This document shows, in pieces, positions 24,127 to 35,452 of a DNA stretch of 64,000 bases. The notes beneath the pieces are model-generated. The model saw only the letters and a program-made list of their open reading frames with translations. It was not told the DNA's origin and did no database searches. Position 1 is the first letter of the stretch, and every line of letters starts with the position of its first letter. Origin of the DNA: Dendrobates tinctorius (Eukaryota); NCBI RefSeq assembly GCF_039654945.1, contig NW_027361784.1:31124001-31188000 (forward strand). The letters are read 5' to 3'. The position numbers and the translations under genes are program-made.

Positions 24127-27100
24127 TGTCATGATCCATGCTGGATCAGGACTGATAAGAGTCACAGGTGTTGCAATCAGTGTTGGTGATAGTGTTTATT
24201 TCAACCATGCTTGGTGGAGGAAGGAGCTGGAGAACGTTCCTTGCAGCACTGTCTTAGCCTGGTGTGGAACGAGTCATAGGGGATTTCCTTGTAGCTCTGA
24301 CAGAGCTTGGTGGCAGCGATTCAGGAGGAGAGCTGCATTTTGGTGGTGGACTCTTGCCAGAAGCAAGTGCAACAGAGTAAAGCTAAGTGGTGTTTCCCTG
24401 TTTGTGTTTTTCCTTAGTGTGTATTAGTACAGCAGTGGGGCCAGTGCCTGCGCCACCCAGCTCCCTAGCAAGGGATAGGTGTAGGGTGTGCTAGGGCGAC
24501 AGGTTCCTGAACGGCGCCCGGTGAGGAACCGGCATAGGGAACATTAGGAGCGTTAGGGACACTGACACAGGGGAGTGCAGGAGGTCTCCACGTCCCCTTT
24601 CCCTATCGCAGGGCCCACTGTTGTAACTGTTTCCCCTTTCCCTGTGTCTTGTTGTTTTAGTTACCGGCCTGTGGGCTGCGTCACACAGAACCGTATCACG
24701 TGCCGCGTCTTGTTGTTTTAGTTACCGGCCTGCGGGTCGCGTCACACAGGACGGGTCATCGTGACATTATCACCAACCTATAGTTTTTTTTCTGCTGAGC
24801 CATGGACCCAGTTCAGCCCTTTGCCCAAATGCTGCAGATCCTTACTAATGAGATTAGGGGGCTGCGCGGAGGGTTGGTGCTGCAGCTGCGGCTGTTGGTG
24901 GGCTTTGGGGGCTTGGTTCAGGAACAGGCTCAGCCAGAACCCAAGATATCCCTCCCTGACAGATTTTCTGGAGGGAGAGATCAATTCTTGGTGTTTCAAT
25001 AAGCCTGTAAATTGTATTTCAGGCTACGCCCTCGTTCATCAGGGAGTGAAGAGCAACGGGTGGGAATCATTATGTCCCTTCTTAAAGGGGATCCCCAATC
25101 CTGGGCCTTCTCCCTACCGGACAATTCTCCATCATTGGTGTCCGTGGACGAGTTTTTTGCGGCCTTGGCGCTTGTGTATGGGGATCCTGATGGCGTCACC
25201 CTGGTGGAATCCCGAATCCGTAGGTGTAAACAGGGAGCACGTGTTGCTGAGGAGTACTGCTCAGAGTTTAGGAGATGGGCCACTAACACTCAGTGGAATG
25301 ACCCTGCACTTAGGAGTCAATTTGTGCAGGGTTTGTCTCCAAAGTTGCAGGATACTCTGGTGCAGTACGCTGCCCCCAGGTCGCTGGAGGCCGCCATGTC
25401 CCTTGCCATCTGGGTGGATAGACGCCTCAGGGAAAGACATATACAAAAAGTGCCCCCTGATGTCTTCGCTAGGGAGGAGGACCCACCAGTGCAGATGGAG
25501 GAACCCAGACAGCCCGGTGTTGTTGATTCAAAAAAGGTGGCGTCTGCTGCTCGTCGTGGTGGGGGGTATGCTTTTCCTGTGGGAAGCCTGGCCATTTTAT
25601 GAGAGCCTGCCTAGTTCATGCCAAGTCTGCAGATGAACCTATGCAAGTAGGAGGAGCTAGTTTGTATTCGGAGCTGCCTACGGTTCGGCGAGTGGTGTCG
25701 GCATGTATGTACTGTGGGCAGACTGGTCATGTCCTGAAAGCTTGCCCATTGCGCGCCAAATTATCTGTGCCATCTGAGGAGCCGCATTCCCCTGTTCACT
25801 TGGAGGGAGGCGACCAGGGAGTATACGTTTCCTCCATTTTGCCCTCCCAAGGTACCATGTCAGCCGAGGTCTTGGCTGGCGGGGTACCGGAGGTGATACC
25901 GGTGCTTGTGGACAGCAGAGCAGGAGTCAGTCTGGTGGATGCTCGCTTTGTCCAGACTCATGGTCTGAGGTGTAGGACGCTAGCCCAACCTATTAGCGTC
26001 CAGGCCATAAACTCGGTTTCACTGAGCCAGGGGAGCTTGACCCAAGTCGTAGAAAAGATCCATCTACATATAGGACATCATGAGGAGTCCTTGTCATGCT
26101 ACGTCTTGGAGGGAATGCCAGTACCTATTGTTTTAGGCCTCCCTTGGCTGAAAAGACACAACCCAGTAATAGATTGGCAGGCGAGGGGAGTGGTCAGCTG
26201 AGGGCAGTCGTGTGAGGGCTGCTGCCTAGGAACTGCTGTCTCTGCCGTCTCTCTTCAACGGACCCCTTCCTCTCCGGTGAGAGCAGCAGATGTGCTGCAG
26301 GAGAGCAGGGGCAAGTCTCAACCCTCGCCATTGGCCAACCCTGGGAGGCGCAGACCTCGTGGTGGAAGTGCGGGGGTGTGATTGTGGTGACACAGGGGGA
26401 TGCCTCTGTTATCAGTCCCAGAAAGAGTTCTCCAAATGGTGACAAACGAGCGAGTGGCAATAAACGTTCAGGTCCGGACCTGTGTGTGAACGAGCGTGTA
26501 TGGGTGGCCACCAAAAAACATCCAGTGGAAATGTGTTGTGGAGTGTTACCAGCTCATACCAAACATACACATACACAACTCGTTCCCCAGGTCAACGCTT
26601 CGGAGATGTGTGGTGCCTCCAGAATCGTTGCCAATACCAGCGGGCTCGTTTGTCATCAACCTGATGTACAGGTAGTTGCTGGGGTGAACTCTCGGTCTGG
26701 GCGTCCCCGCTGTAGGTGGTTCCCTGATGAGGAGCGGTCTTGAGGGTCCAGCGGTCCCTCATTAAGGGGAGGGTACCGTCATGATCCATGCTGGATCAGG
26801 ACTAATAAGAGTCACAGGTGTTGCAATCAGTGTTGGTGATAGTGTTCATTTCAACCATCCTTGGTGGAGGAAGGAGCTGGAGAACGTTCCTTGCAGCACT
26901 GTCTTCGCCTGGTGTGGAACGAGTCATAGGGGATTTCCTTGTAGCTCTGACAGAGCTTGGTGGCAGCGATTCAGGAGGAGAGCTGCATTCTGGTGGTGGA
27001 CTCTTGCCAGGAGCAAGTGCAACAGAGTAAAGCTAAGTGGTGTTTCCCTGTTTGTGTTTTTCCTTAGTGTGTATTAGTACAGCAGTGGGGCCAGTGCCTG

Positions 27101-27355
27101 CGCCACCCAGCTCCCTAGCAAGGGATAGGTGTAGGGTGTGCTAGGGAGACAGGTTCCTGAGCAGCGTCCGGTGCGGAACCGGCATATGGAACGTTAGGAG
27201 AGTTAGGGACACTGACTCAGGGGAGTGCAGGAGGTCTCCATGTCACCTTTCCCTATCGCAGGGCCCACCATTGTAACTGTTTCCCCTTTCCCTGTGTCTT
27301 GATGTTTTAATTACCGGCCTGCGGGCCGCATCACACAGGACGGGTCATCGTGACA
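24127..27355 (+). mobile_element. Non-autonomous Tf1/sushi-type Gypsy LTR element (gag + protease only)
   Basis: LTRs 24127-24766 (640 bp, with a 61-bp tandem duplication) and 26777-27355 (579 bp), roughly 96% identical by eye. TSD AGCAG; PPT aaggggagggtac; no RT, RNase H or integrase core. Confidence 0.92.
24802..26201 (+). pseudogene. Gag-protease pseudogene (sushi/PEG10-like capsid, two CCHC knuckles, aspartic protease)
   Basis: PEPKISLPDRFSG, LLKGDPQSWA, WNDPALRSQF; CFSCGKPGHFMRAC (25569-25610); CMYCGQTGHVLKAC; LVDSRAG; IVLGLPWLKRHNPVIDW. Stop at 25000-25002 and a frameshift near 25565. Confidence 0.88.
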
Positions 27356-27583
27356 AGCAGTCTGGATGTGTAGTCTGGAGCCCCCCTATAATATATGTAG
27401 TCTGGATCCCCCTATAGCAGCAGTCTGGGTGTGTAGTCTGGAGCCCCCCTGTAATATGTGTAGTCTGGAGCCCATTTAACAGCAGTCTGGATGTGTAGTC
27501 TGGAGCCCCCTATAACAGCTGTCTGGATGTGTAGTCTGGAGCCCCCTATAACAGCAGTCTGGGTGTGTAGTCTAGAACCCCCC

Positions 27584-29038
27584 TTTCACGGGGTTACCAC
27601 AACGGAGCAGAGCCAGAAGACAGCAGCATCTGGTTTCTCCTACTCCGGCGCTGAGAAGAAGCACGTCTCCGCCGGTTTATTAAACGTGTTTATTTCTTGC
27701 AGCAGAACAGGGGTTAATTAGCCATGTTGGAAATTCTTGTGTTCAGCTGTGCTCGTGTAAGGAGGAAGACTGGGCTGCGGGTACCTGCATCATGTCGGGT
27801 CCGGAACTGTCAAGGCTGCGTCCAGTGTTGCCGGGGGGAAGAATGGGGAATTGGACAGGTCCCATGTTCCAGGGAGAGCGTGTGTGGCTAAGCCAGGCAG
27901 TGAGCAGGGAGCGTGGGAAAGTCTCCTCAGTTCCGCTCCGGCAGTGAGAGAGGAGGCAGGTGTGCGACGCACTCCGCAGAGAGAGGCAGCGCGGAGCTGT
28001 GCTCCAGCAGAGTCTGCGGGGACGCTCTGGTGAGACAGTGCATGTGCAGAGTGCCGTGCGCCCGGCTAATCAGAGTGCAGAGCTTGCACGGAGGAGTGAG
28101 GGCCAAGTGCAGGACCAGGAGGTGCATCTTCCATTGCTGATGGACGCGCAGTGGCACCCGTGTTAGAAAGAGACTACTGTAGCGCTCCTCACTTCAGCTG
28201 CACAGATTTATGGACTAGGGGCTCAGTGGGCAGAACAGGTGACCGCCCATTGCCACCAGAAGCCAGACCGTGATCTGTTGAGATCCATCTGAAGACCATA
28301 CCGGTTGCTGCTGGTACTACTACCCTCAGTGGACGGCCTGCGGCTGAGGAACCTAGAGACACGATAAGTTTATAACCGGACTGTTGTTACATTGCAATTT
28401 CTGGTCTCAATTTAACTGTTATCTCCCTGCGAAGAGTTCCCTTATTGTTATAATTAAATTGTTTACTGTTAACCCCTGCTCTGCCTCCCCTGCTTCACTG
28501 CATCCTGCAACCTGCTTATACTCGGTTAGCCACTCCTTTTCCCTATATAATCTGGCATCTATTACCTCGTCCTTGTCAGAGTTATCTCTTGCTGCATGGC
28601 AATAGGAGAGAGAGAAGTTGGTATGAGAAGGAGAGCTGGCGGAGCTGGAGGAGTTAGAAGTGACTGTTGCTTGATTTGTAAGTATGGTAATCCCTTATCT
28701 TTCCCTGTTTTGCTTTCTTCCCCTTCCTGCATACCCTGGTGGATTCCTTTGTTATATGTGAGTGAATATTTTGTGTATGTGGAATTTTCTGTTTCCCCTT
28801 GCCTTTGCTGCCCTGTTTGTCGGGTTGGTGTTCTGCAGTGCACAGTAGCATCTTCTCTTCCCTGGGTGGGGGAAAGGGACAGACAGAGGGCTGTACTAGG
28901 AGATAAGGCAAGGGCGGAGGCCCGGTGTCTTCACCATCTAAACTATATCGGGGAACAGGGCGAGCTAGGGTGCCCCCTAGTATTGGGGTCAGGAAAGGCG
29001 CCCCTGGTTCCAGGTCACTCGACAGCTGTGTCGCTGCA
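27584..29038 (+). mobile_element. Decayed solo LTR inserted in the C-run of a minisatellite unit
   Basis: Flanked by CCCCC on both sides (gaacccccc|...|ccccctataac); degenerate termini tttcacg...ctgca; TATAA near 28546. Confidence 0.6.
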
Positions 29039-30464
29039 CCCCCTATAACAGCAGTCTGGTTGTGTAGTCTGGAGCCCCCTATAACAACAGTCTGGTTGTG
29101 TAGTGTGGCGTCCCTCTATAGCAGCAGTCTGGATGTGCATTCTGGAGCCCCCTATACCAGCAGTCTGGATGTGTAGTCTGGAGGCTCCCTATAACAGCAG
29201 TCTGGGTGTGTAGTCTGCAGGCCCCCTATAACAGTAGTCTGGGAGTGTAGTCTGCAGGCCCCCTATAACAGTAGTCTGTGTGTGTAGTCTGGAGGCCCCC
29301 TATAACAGTAGTCTGTGTGTGTAGTCTGGTGCCCCCTATAGTCGCAGTCTGGATGTGCAGTCTGGAGCCCCCTATAGCAGCAGCTGCAAATAGGGTAGCC
29401 CATCCCTGTCCTGTATGTTCTTATATGCCGATCTCCCCTTCTGTTCCTGAGTTTTGCTGACATCCGCACTTCAGATTCTCTTTCCAGTAAAGATTTGGAG
29501 CCTTACATCTACAGCTGAGAGATTCTTGGAAACATTTAGCAATATGAACTAAAATGAGGTCACGAGGTTCCGCTGCTGCTACAACCACAATTAACACGTA
29601 AAGAAGCTAATATGACATTTCTTCAAATTGAAGACTGAGCTAAAATTAGTCATAAAATACATAAATTCTGAAACATTTACAGCAGCATGTCACAAAATGT
29701 AATGAAGTTATCACATTTACCTTCATCAACTTCATTTGTGTCCAGAAGCGAGAAGTGAAAGACACCAGTGGGATGGTGGAATCTGACCTTAGCTTCTAAA
29801 CTGGAGGAGAGCGCCTGTGCTCCCATAGTCTTTGCACCCTGAATATATGTTCTTTTCATCATTTACTCCAATGCTACATTTTGGGTAATATGTTTTCTAG
29901 AAAGAAAAATAAGTTTTTTGCTTTGGCATTCTTGTTGGTTATTTAGAGCGATGGGAGCCGTGAGACCTCTGCTAGAGATTTCTGTCTTGTTGAGTCTGCT
30001 GGGGAACAGTGAGAGTAGGAACATGAACGTGGCTCTGGAGTAATGAGTGATTATAGTCCGCTTTCACAATTTTGTCTATGGGTGACCCTGTCCAGTTAGA
30101 ACATCCTAATCTAAAGATATGCCCTTTTTTCTATGCCCTGTAACTTGTGGATGACCTAACCAACTGGAGTGCTTCGAGACTGCCTATGAAGAGGGTGATT
30201 GGCTTGACACAGCACCAGAAGCTGACCTTTGGGCATAATGAAAGAAAGAGAGCGTTCCTGCATCCAGCTGGGGTCCGGGACCGCTACATTATGGCTGGTG
30301 ACTGGGAGCGAGGAATAGTCAGTGAGCTTTCCACGTTTTTCTACATAGAATTGTAACCACCAAGCAGAGACTGCTCATGTTGTACTACAACCAGCAAGCT
30401 CATTGTCTAGTTTGTGACATGAAATCACCAAGACAAATGCCAATATGTTGCTGTGTGACTATTA

Positions 30465-30856
30465 ATGGAGTTGGCTAGGCTTGTCACTAAAGTCTGCAGT
30501 CACTCTATGCTACTGCAGACTTGTGAACCATCATGCGTGCAGTGCACACTGTCAGGATAATCTGGTGCTGGCTCTGGGAGTGGGTAGTCGTGTCACCGCA
30601 AGTATGCAAAATTTATACTCAAGCCACATTACGACTATACATTTGCAGCCTCATACAATGCTAGTGAATTAGATAATGCACGTCTAGTGGGAATGTGGCC
30701 GGAAGTAAGCGTAGTTGCGATCACTTGACCGCTCAATCTTGCTGCCGAAATGACAAATTCATAACAGCTTGCTCTGAGCGCACTGTGAGGTTTCACAAGT
30801 CTGCAGTCATATACAGTGACTGCAGACTTTAGTACCAAACCTGGACAACTTCTTAA
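30465..30856. mobile_element. Palindromic TTAA-type MITE
   Basis: Inverted arms ctaaagtctgcagtcact..ctgcagacttgtgaa / ttcacaagtctgcag..agtgactgcagactttag; ends ggacaacttcttaa. Confidence 0.65.
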
Positions 30857-31429
30857 AGCTTGTGCCCTTATGGAGAGTCTGTAACCATTCCGATTGCTTA
30901 CCTTGTCTATGTCAAGTGAAATTAACTCTGGTCCCTGGTGTGTCCACAACTGTGACATCCTCAAACTGGGGGCTGTGATTACAGCCTAAATGCACCATAC
31001 ACAACTTTTGACCTGTTTACAAACTTATAATTTACATTATCCAAAATATAAAAGAAATACATGGAAGAGTGATTCCCGCAGAATGTCTGCAAACGACCCC
31101 AATGCCGTTCGTACCTCCTGAAACATCCCCACCATTTTTTCCTGTCTGTACTGACCAGCAGTGTACAAGAGAAGAAACCGGAATAGAAGGTTGTGGATAT
31201 TTTTAAAGAATAAGTATATGACAATAACCAAACACAAAGTCACAATCTTAGATGCAACTGTATTTTATGATTCTGCACAGCTATAATGAGGTGGGGAGAG
31301 GGGTTACAGCACTGTACAGTCTCAGGGAAAGCCGAGAAAACAGTCTATAGACAAGGAGGAAAGCACAGGAAGAGGAAATAAGTGCAGGACAGAAGTTATG
31401 CTGATATATGAAAAAATGTAGACAGCAGC

Positions 31430-32026
31430 ACCCTGGTTACACACAGAGCTCAGATCCAGCCTTTATTACCGGGAGAACAAAAAGCTCCCATCCAGCCTAT
31501 ATTACTGGGAGAGACACAGAACTAACATCCAGCCTATATTACTGGGAGAACACAGAGCTCACATCCAGCCTATATTACTAGGAGAAACACACAGCTCACA
31601 TCCAGCCTATATTACTGGGAGAGATGCAGAGCTCACATCCAGCCTATATTACTGGGAGAGACACACAGCTCACATCCAGCCTACATTTCTGGGAGAGACA
31701 CAGAGCTCCCATCCAGTCTATATTACTGTGAGAGACACAGAGCTCACATCCAGCCTATATTACTGGGAGAGACACACAGAGCTCACATCCAGCCTATATT
31801 ACTGGGAGAGACACACAGAGCTTACAATCAGCCTATATTACTGGGCGATACACAGAGGTCACATCCAGCATATATTACTAGGAGACACACTGAACTGACA
31901 TCTAGCCTATATTACTGGGAGAGACACAGACCTCACATCCAGCCTATATTACTGGGAGAGACACACAGTTCACATCCAGCCTACATTTCTGGGAGAGACA
32001 CAGAGCTCCCATCCAGCCTATATTAC
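31430..32026. repeat. Minisatellite, ~38-40 bp unit (cacagagctcacatccagcctatattactgggagaga)
   Basis: About 15 visible tandem copies. Confidence 0.92.
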
Positions 32027-34053
32027 TTGTAGACATCATCCCACAAGAGAAAAATCTGAAACTTGGATCAGGCTGCAAACTTCATATTAGGTGGTTTTTG
32101 AACAGTAGCACAGGGGGCTTCCTGCTTGTCCCATGGGGATGGGGGGAAAACCCGCTCTAGATTGATTAACAGTTTAGAGAAGTAGAATGATTGCTCTACT
32201 GGCCCAAAATGTATGCTTTCCAAGTTGCAAGCAAATTCAATGAAGATGGCTAATGATCCAGAGCAGCCCTCCATCCTCTATTGGACAGATTTTGTGTTAC
32301 TTGCATAGGAAAGCGACCACCAATGTACCAGTAACCCAGGCAGTAAACAATAAAATAAAAAATCTCAATGAGAGCAAGGAGCATTTAATAAGTAAATAAA
32401 AGTAAAAAGTTCACTGTTTTTACAACAACTTTAATTCAGGAAAGGAGAATGCAGTTTGAAAATTAAGTGCAATTTTATAAACTGAAGGTTACCACTAACA
32501 TATGTAAAAAATAAAAAAAAACATTATTTGCATGTCAAAGGTGTCCATAACCATTCAGCCTTAAGTCATTTTTATTGCCAAGGTTTAAAAGAGTACAGAT
32601 AAGACTATATTACACCTATAGCCAATATTAACTGTTAACCTCATTCCTGAGACAGCAAACATTCTGACTGATGAAATCTTTGATTCATGAGCATTTTGAT
32701 ATTTTATGGCAATGGATGAAAGGAAATGTTTCCTCCATAAATGACTGTGCAAACAGGGATCCGGAACAGGATATCTGAGTGCTGTATAGAAACCTAATTA
32801 CTGGTTATCGTGATGTATGGACTAGATAAGTAACCCGAGGTATGGACAACAGCGTAAGGGGAGTAGAAAATTTCAGGGGTATGCTGACACTCAAAACAAT
32901 ATTCGAGTTAAAGGGAACCTGTTACCAGGTTTTCCCAACATAAACTAAAGCCACCACTTTTAATTGGCAGTCCATCAACCTGTGTGAAAGCCCCCAACTC
33001 CCTGCATACAAATAATACTTTTTATAAGTCACCCTCGCCATATGCTAATCAGCACAGTAAAGTCTGAAGAGATCCGGTGGGTTGGAGTCTGCGCCACCAC
33101 TATCGGCACAATAGCCATCCTCTTGCTTTGATCGATTTGGATGATACGTCTTACGTCATCCAGAGATCTTTGCGAATATTACACCTGCGCAGTTGAAGCT
33201 CAGATCTGAGGGGTGTCGGAATTGAGAGTGCCAGTCCACAGCGGGAAGTGAAATGGAGAGAAAAGATCCACCTAGTAAGGTGTGGCCTGAGGAAATGGGC
33301 AGAGACTATGGAGAAACGGGATGATGAGTAAGAAAAAAATCCACCCAGTGAAAGGCGGGGCCGTGACAGTCCTCAGGAGTTCTAAGATGAAGGTGCTAGT
33401 TGCACCAGTGTTTTGATGGACCAAGGCTCCATCGGGTCTAGGGCCCGCGTATCTGGGACTCCCCTCAAGGATAATGGTGGCAGATGGCCTAAATTGTTTC
33501 CCTTTGCTAATTTTGTTGAGCCCATTTCGCATTCCTCTGCTGTATTGCAGAGATACTGCATCCGCTGGAGGGTCCTACACCTTCAGTCCAGTAATGAACC
33601 ATATCCAGTAAGAGGACTGCCTCTAAAGGACTGCAACCCTTGAGCTGATGGAGGACTGATGGACTGTGTCCTTGCCACAAGGAGCAATGTTTTGAGGGAG
33701 GTGTGGATGGATGACCTGACAATCCGCCTGGTTTGAAAGCAGATGGAAATGTTCCATGGACTTTTGGGGCTGCTCTTGTTTTGGTCTGAGGATGCCTTGT
33801 TAAAAAAATTGAACTCTGTATTCTGGGGTCCCAACCCAGTGGGACCGGGGTCAGTGCTGACCAGTAAGGAAAAGGACACTGAATACCCTCCAGAAAAGAG
33901 ACTGTTGCACATGTTCTGTTATGTGTATTGATATCTTCAAGAAAGTCCTAATGGTCGAGGATGACCATTGTTAAAGAGCGCCGGAATGTAATGGAGGTGG
34001 AATGCAGCGGTCACATTCTTTTCCCTGAAGGCACCGATTGCCTTGTTGTAGTG

Positions 34054-34577
34054 TGTGACAGGGTCACTGGCACTGTATGTGAGGTGAGATATGTGTCAGA
34101 TTGCTTTCTTCCGTGATCTGAAATTCAGAAGTTTCTCTCCAGTATGCTATGTGCTGAAGGGGTTAACCAGTCATTATAAGGGATTGAGTTTTTTGGTGAG
34201 TAGGTGAGAGAGGGGCGGGACGCCTACTCACCATATTTTCACCTCAAAGGTGTGGCTGCTGGGGAGTTAAATGTTTAGCCACTGTTTTTTGGGGGGGGTT
34301 TTGTGTGTGTGTTGTGTGTTTGAAGAGAAAAGTCTACAGTTGTGGCTCCAGGAGGAGCTGAGGACTTTGACTGTTCCCTGAAGGTGAATCTTGCAGGAAA
34401 AAAGAACTTTGTTGGACTATCTTTGTTTTGTTTTGCCATTAGGCCCTAAAGGTCACGGTTACTTTGTTCAACGCTGCTACGGTTTATGCTGTGCCCTAAT
34501 AAACAAGCAGGTGATTTACCACAAGATGCCTTCCTGTGTCTACCTCTGCGAGTAGCTGAGTGAGTCAACCCCTCACA
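34054..34577 (+). mobile_element. Solo LTR, 524 bp
   Basis: TGTGA...TCACA termini, 5-bp TSD TAGTG on both sides, AATAAA near 34498. Confidence 0.82.
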
Positions 34578-34744
34578 TAGTGTTATGTGAATTGTGTCCT
34601 GCATCCATTTGTATAGACTGTGTAATGTGAATCTTGTTGTAATATGTTATATGGTGCAATGTTTACTGCTATACCATGATGTAGGTTGAATAGTGTTATG
34701 CGTTAGTATATGTATAATTGACTATAGGAATGTTTGGAGTCAAT

Positions 34745-35240
34745 GTTTGGGACTAGAGTTAGGGAAGGTGACTGTTTCCTGCTGAGAAGACAGATAGGGC
34801 CTGGAGTGCTGAGTGAGCAGACCTAGAGGTCCGAGGTGAACAGTACAGCATTTGAGGGTGACCCTGAATAAGAGGAGACCGAAGAGAAGAGATATCGAGA
34901 CCCTGAGCATAAGTGACTAACAAAGACAGAGTGACCTCCTGGAGACAGGGCATAGGAGAGGACTCCTAGCGACGAGACCTCGAGCTTGTAACGCTGAAAG
35001 GTAAGAGGCCTGAACGGACTGAGTGACTGGGTCTAGTGAGCGGGAGATTCAGTGTGCGAGTAGTGGAAGAAATAGGATGCCGAACCGCTGAAGACATAAA
35101 GGAGACTTGTTAATCAGAACTGTAGCATTAAAGTTGTGTCGAAGTAGGGAGAAACATAAGCATCCCTGGACTATACTACTGAGGAAGAATACTGTGTGGA
35201 AAATGCTTCATACTGTAACGGAAACGTCCATAAGACTTTG
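34745..35240 (+). mobile_element. LTR-like repeat related to ~46219-46980
   Basis: Shared block gaggaag.atactgtgt.gaaaatg.ttcatactgtaa.ggaaacgt..ataag.ctttgtacc.gctatc.cttgt. Confidence 0.5.
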
Positions 35241-35452
35241 TACCTGCTATCACTTGTGCATAACCCTTGCCAGCTGTTACGCCGGAGACGGCGTACCTGC
35301 TATCACTTGTGCATAACCCTTGCCAGCTGTTACGCCGGAGACGGCGTACCTGCTATCACTTGTGCATAACCCTTGCCAGCTGTTACGCCGGAGACGGCGT
35401 ACCTGCTATCACTTGTGCATAACCCTTACCAGCTGTTACGCCGGAGACGGCG
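35241..35452. repeat. 53-bp tandem repeat x4
   Basis: Units start at 35241, 35294, 35347 and 35400; one mismatch in the last copy. Confidence 0.95.

Larger units (their letters stand above)
23063..29385. repeat. ~36-bp minisatellite (tgtgtagtctggagccccctataacagcagtctgg) split into four blocks by LTR insertions
   Basis: Blocks at about 23063-23142, 24074-24126, 27356-27583 and 29039-29385. Confidence 0.9.

Noticed and set aside
24802-26201. Possible domesticated PEG10/RTL-like host gene
   Set aside because: It is flanked by two LTRs and a TSD and has a stop and a frameshift, so it is a TE copy.
33270-34050. Coding-like stretch with several overlapping short ORFs
   Set aside because: No identifiable domain; probably an old TE fragment that I cannot assign.
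35241-35452. CRISPR-like appearance of regular repeats (also 31430-32026 and 38745-39097)
   Set aside because: These are head-to-tail tandem units without unique spacers, there are no cas genes, and the context is eukaryotic.
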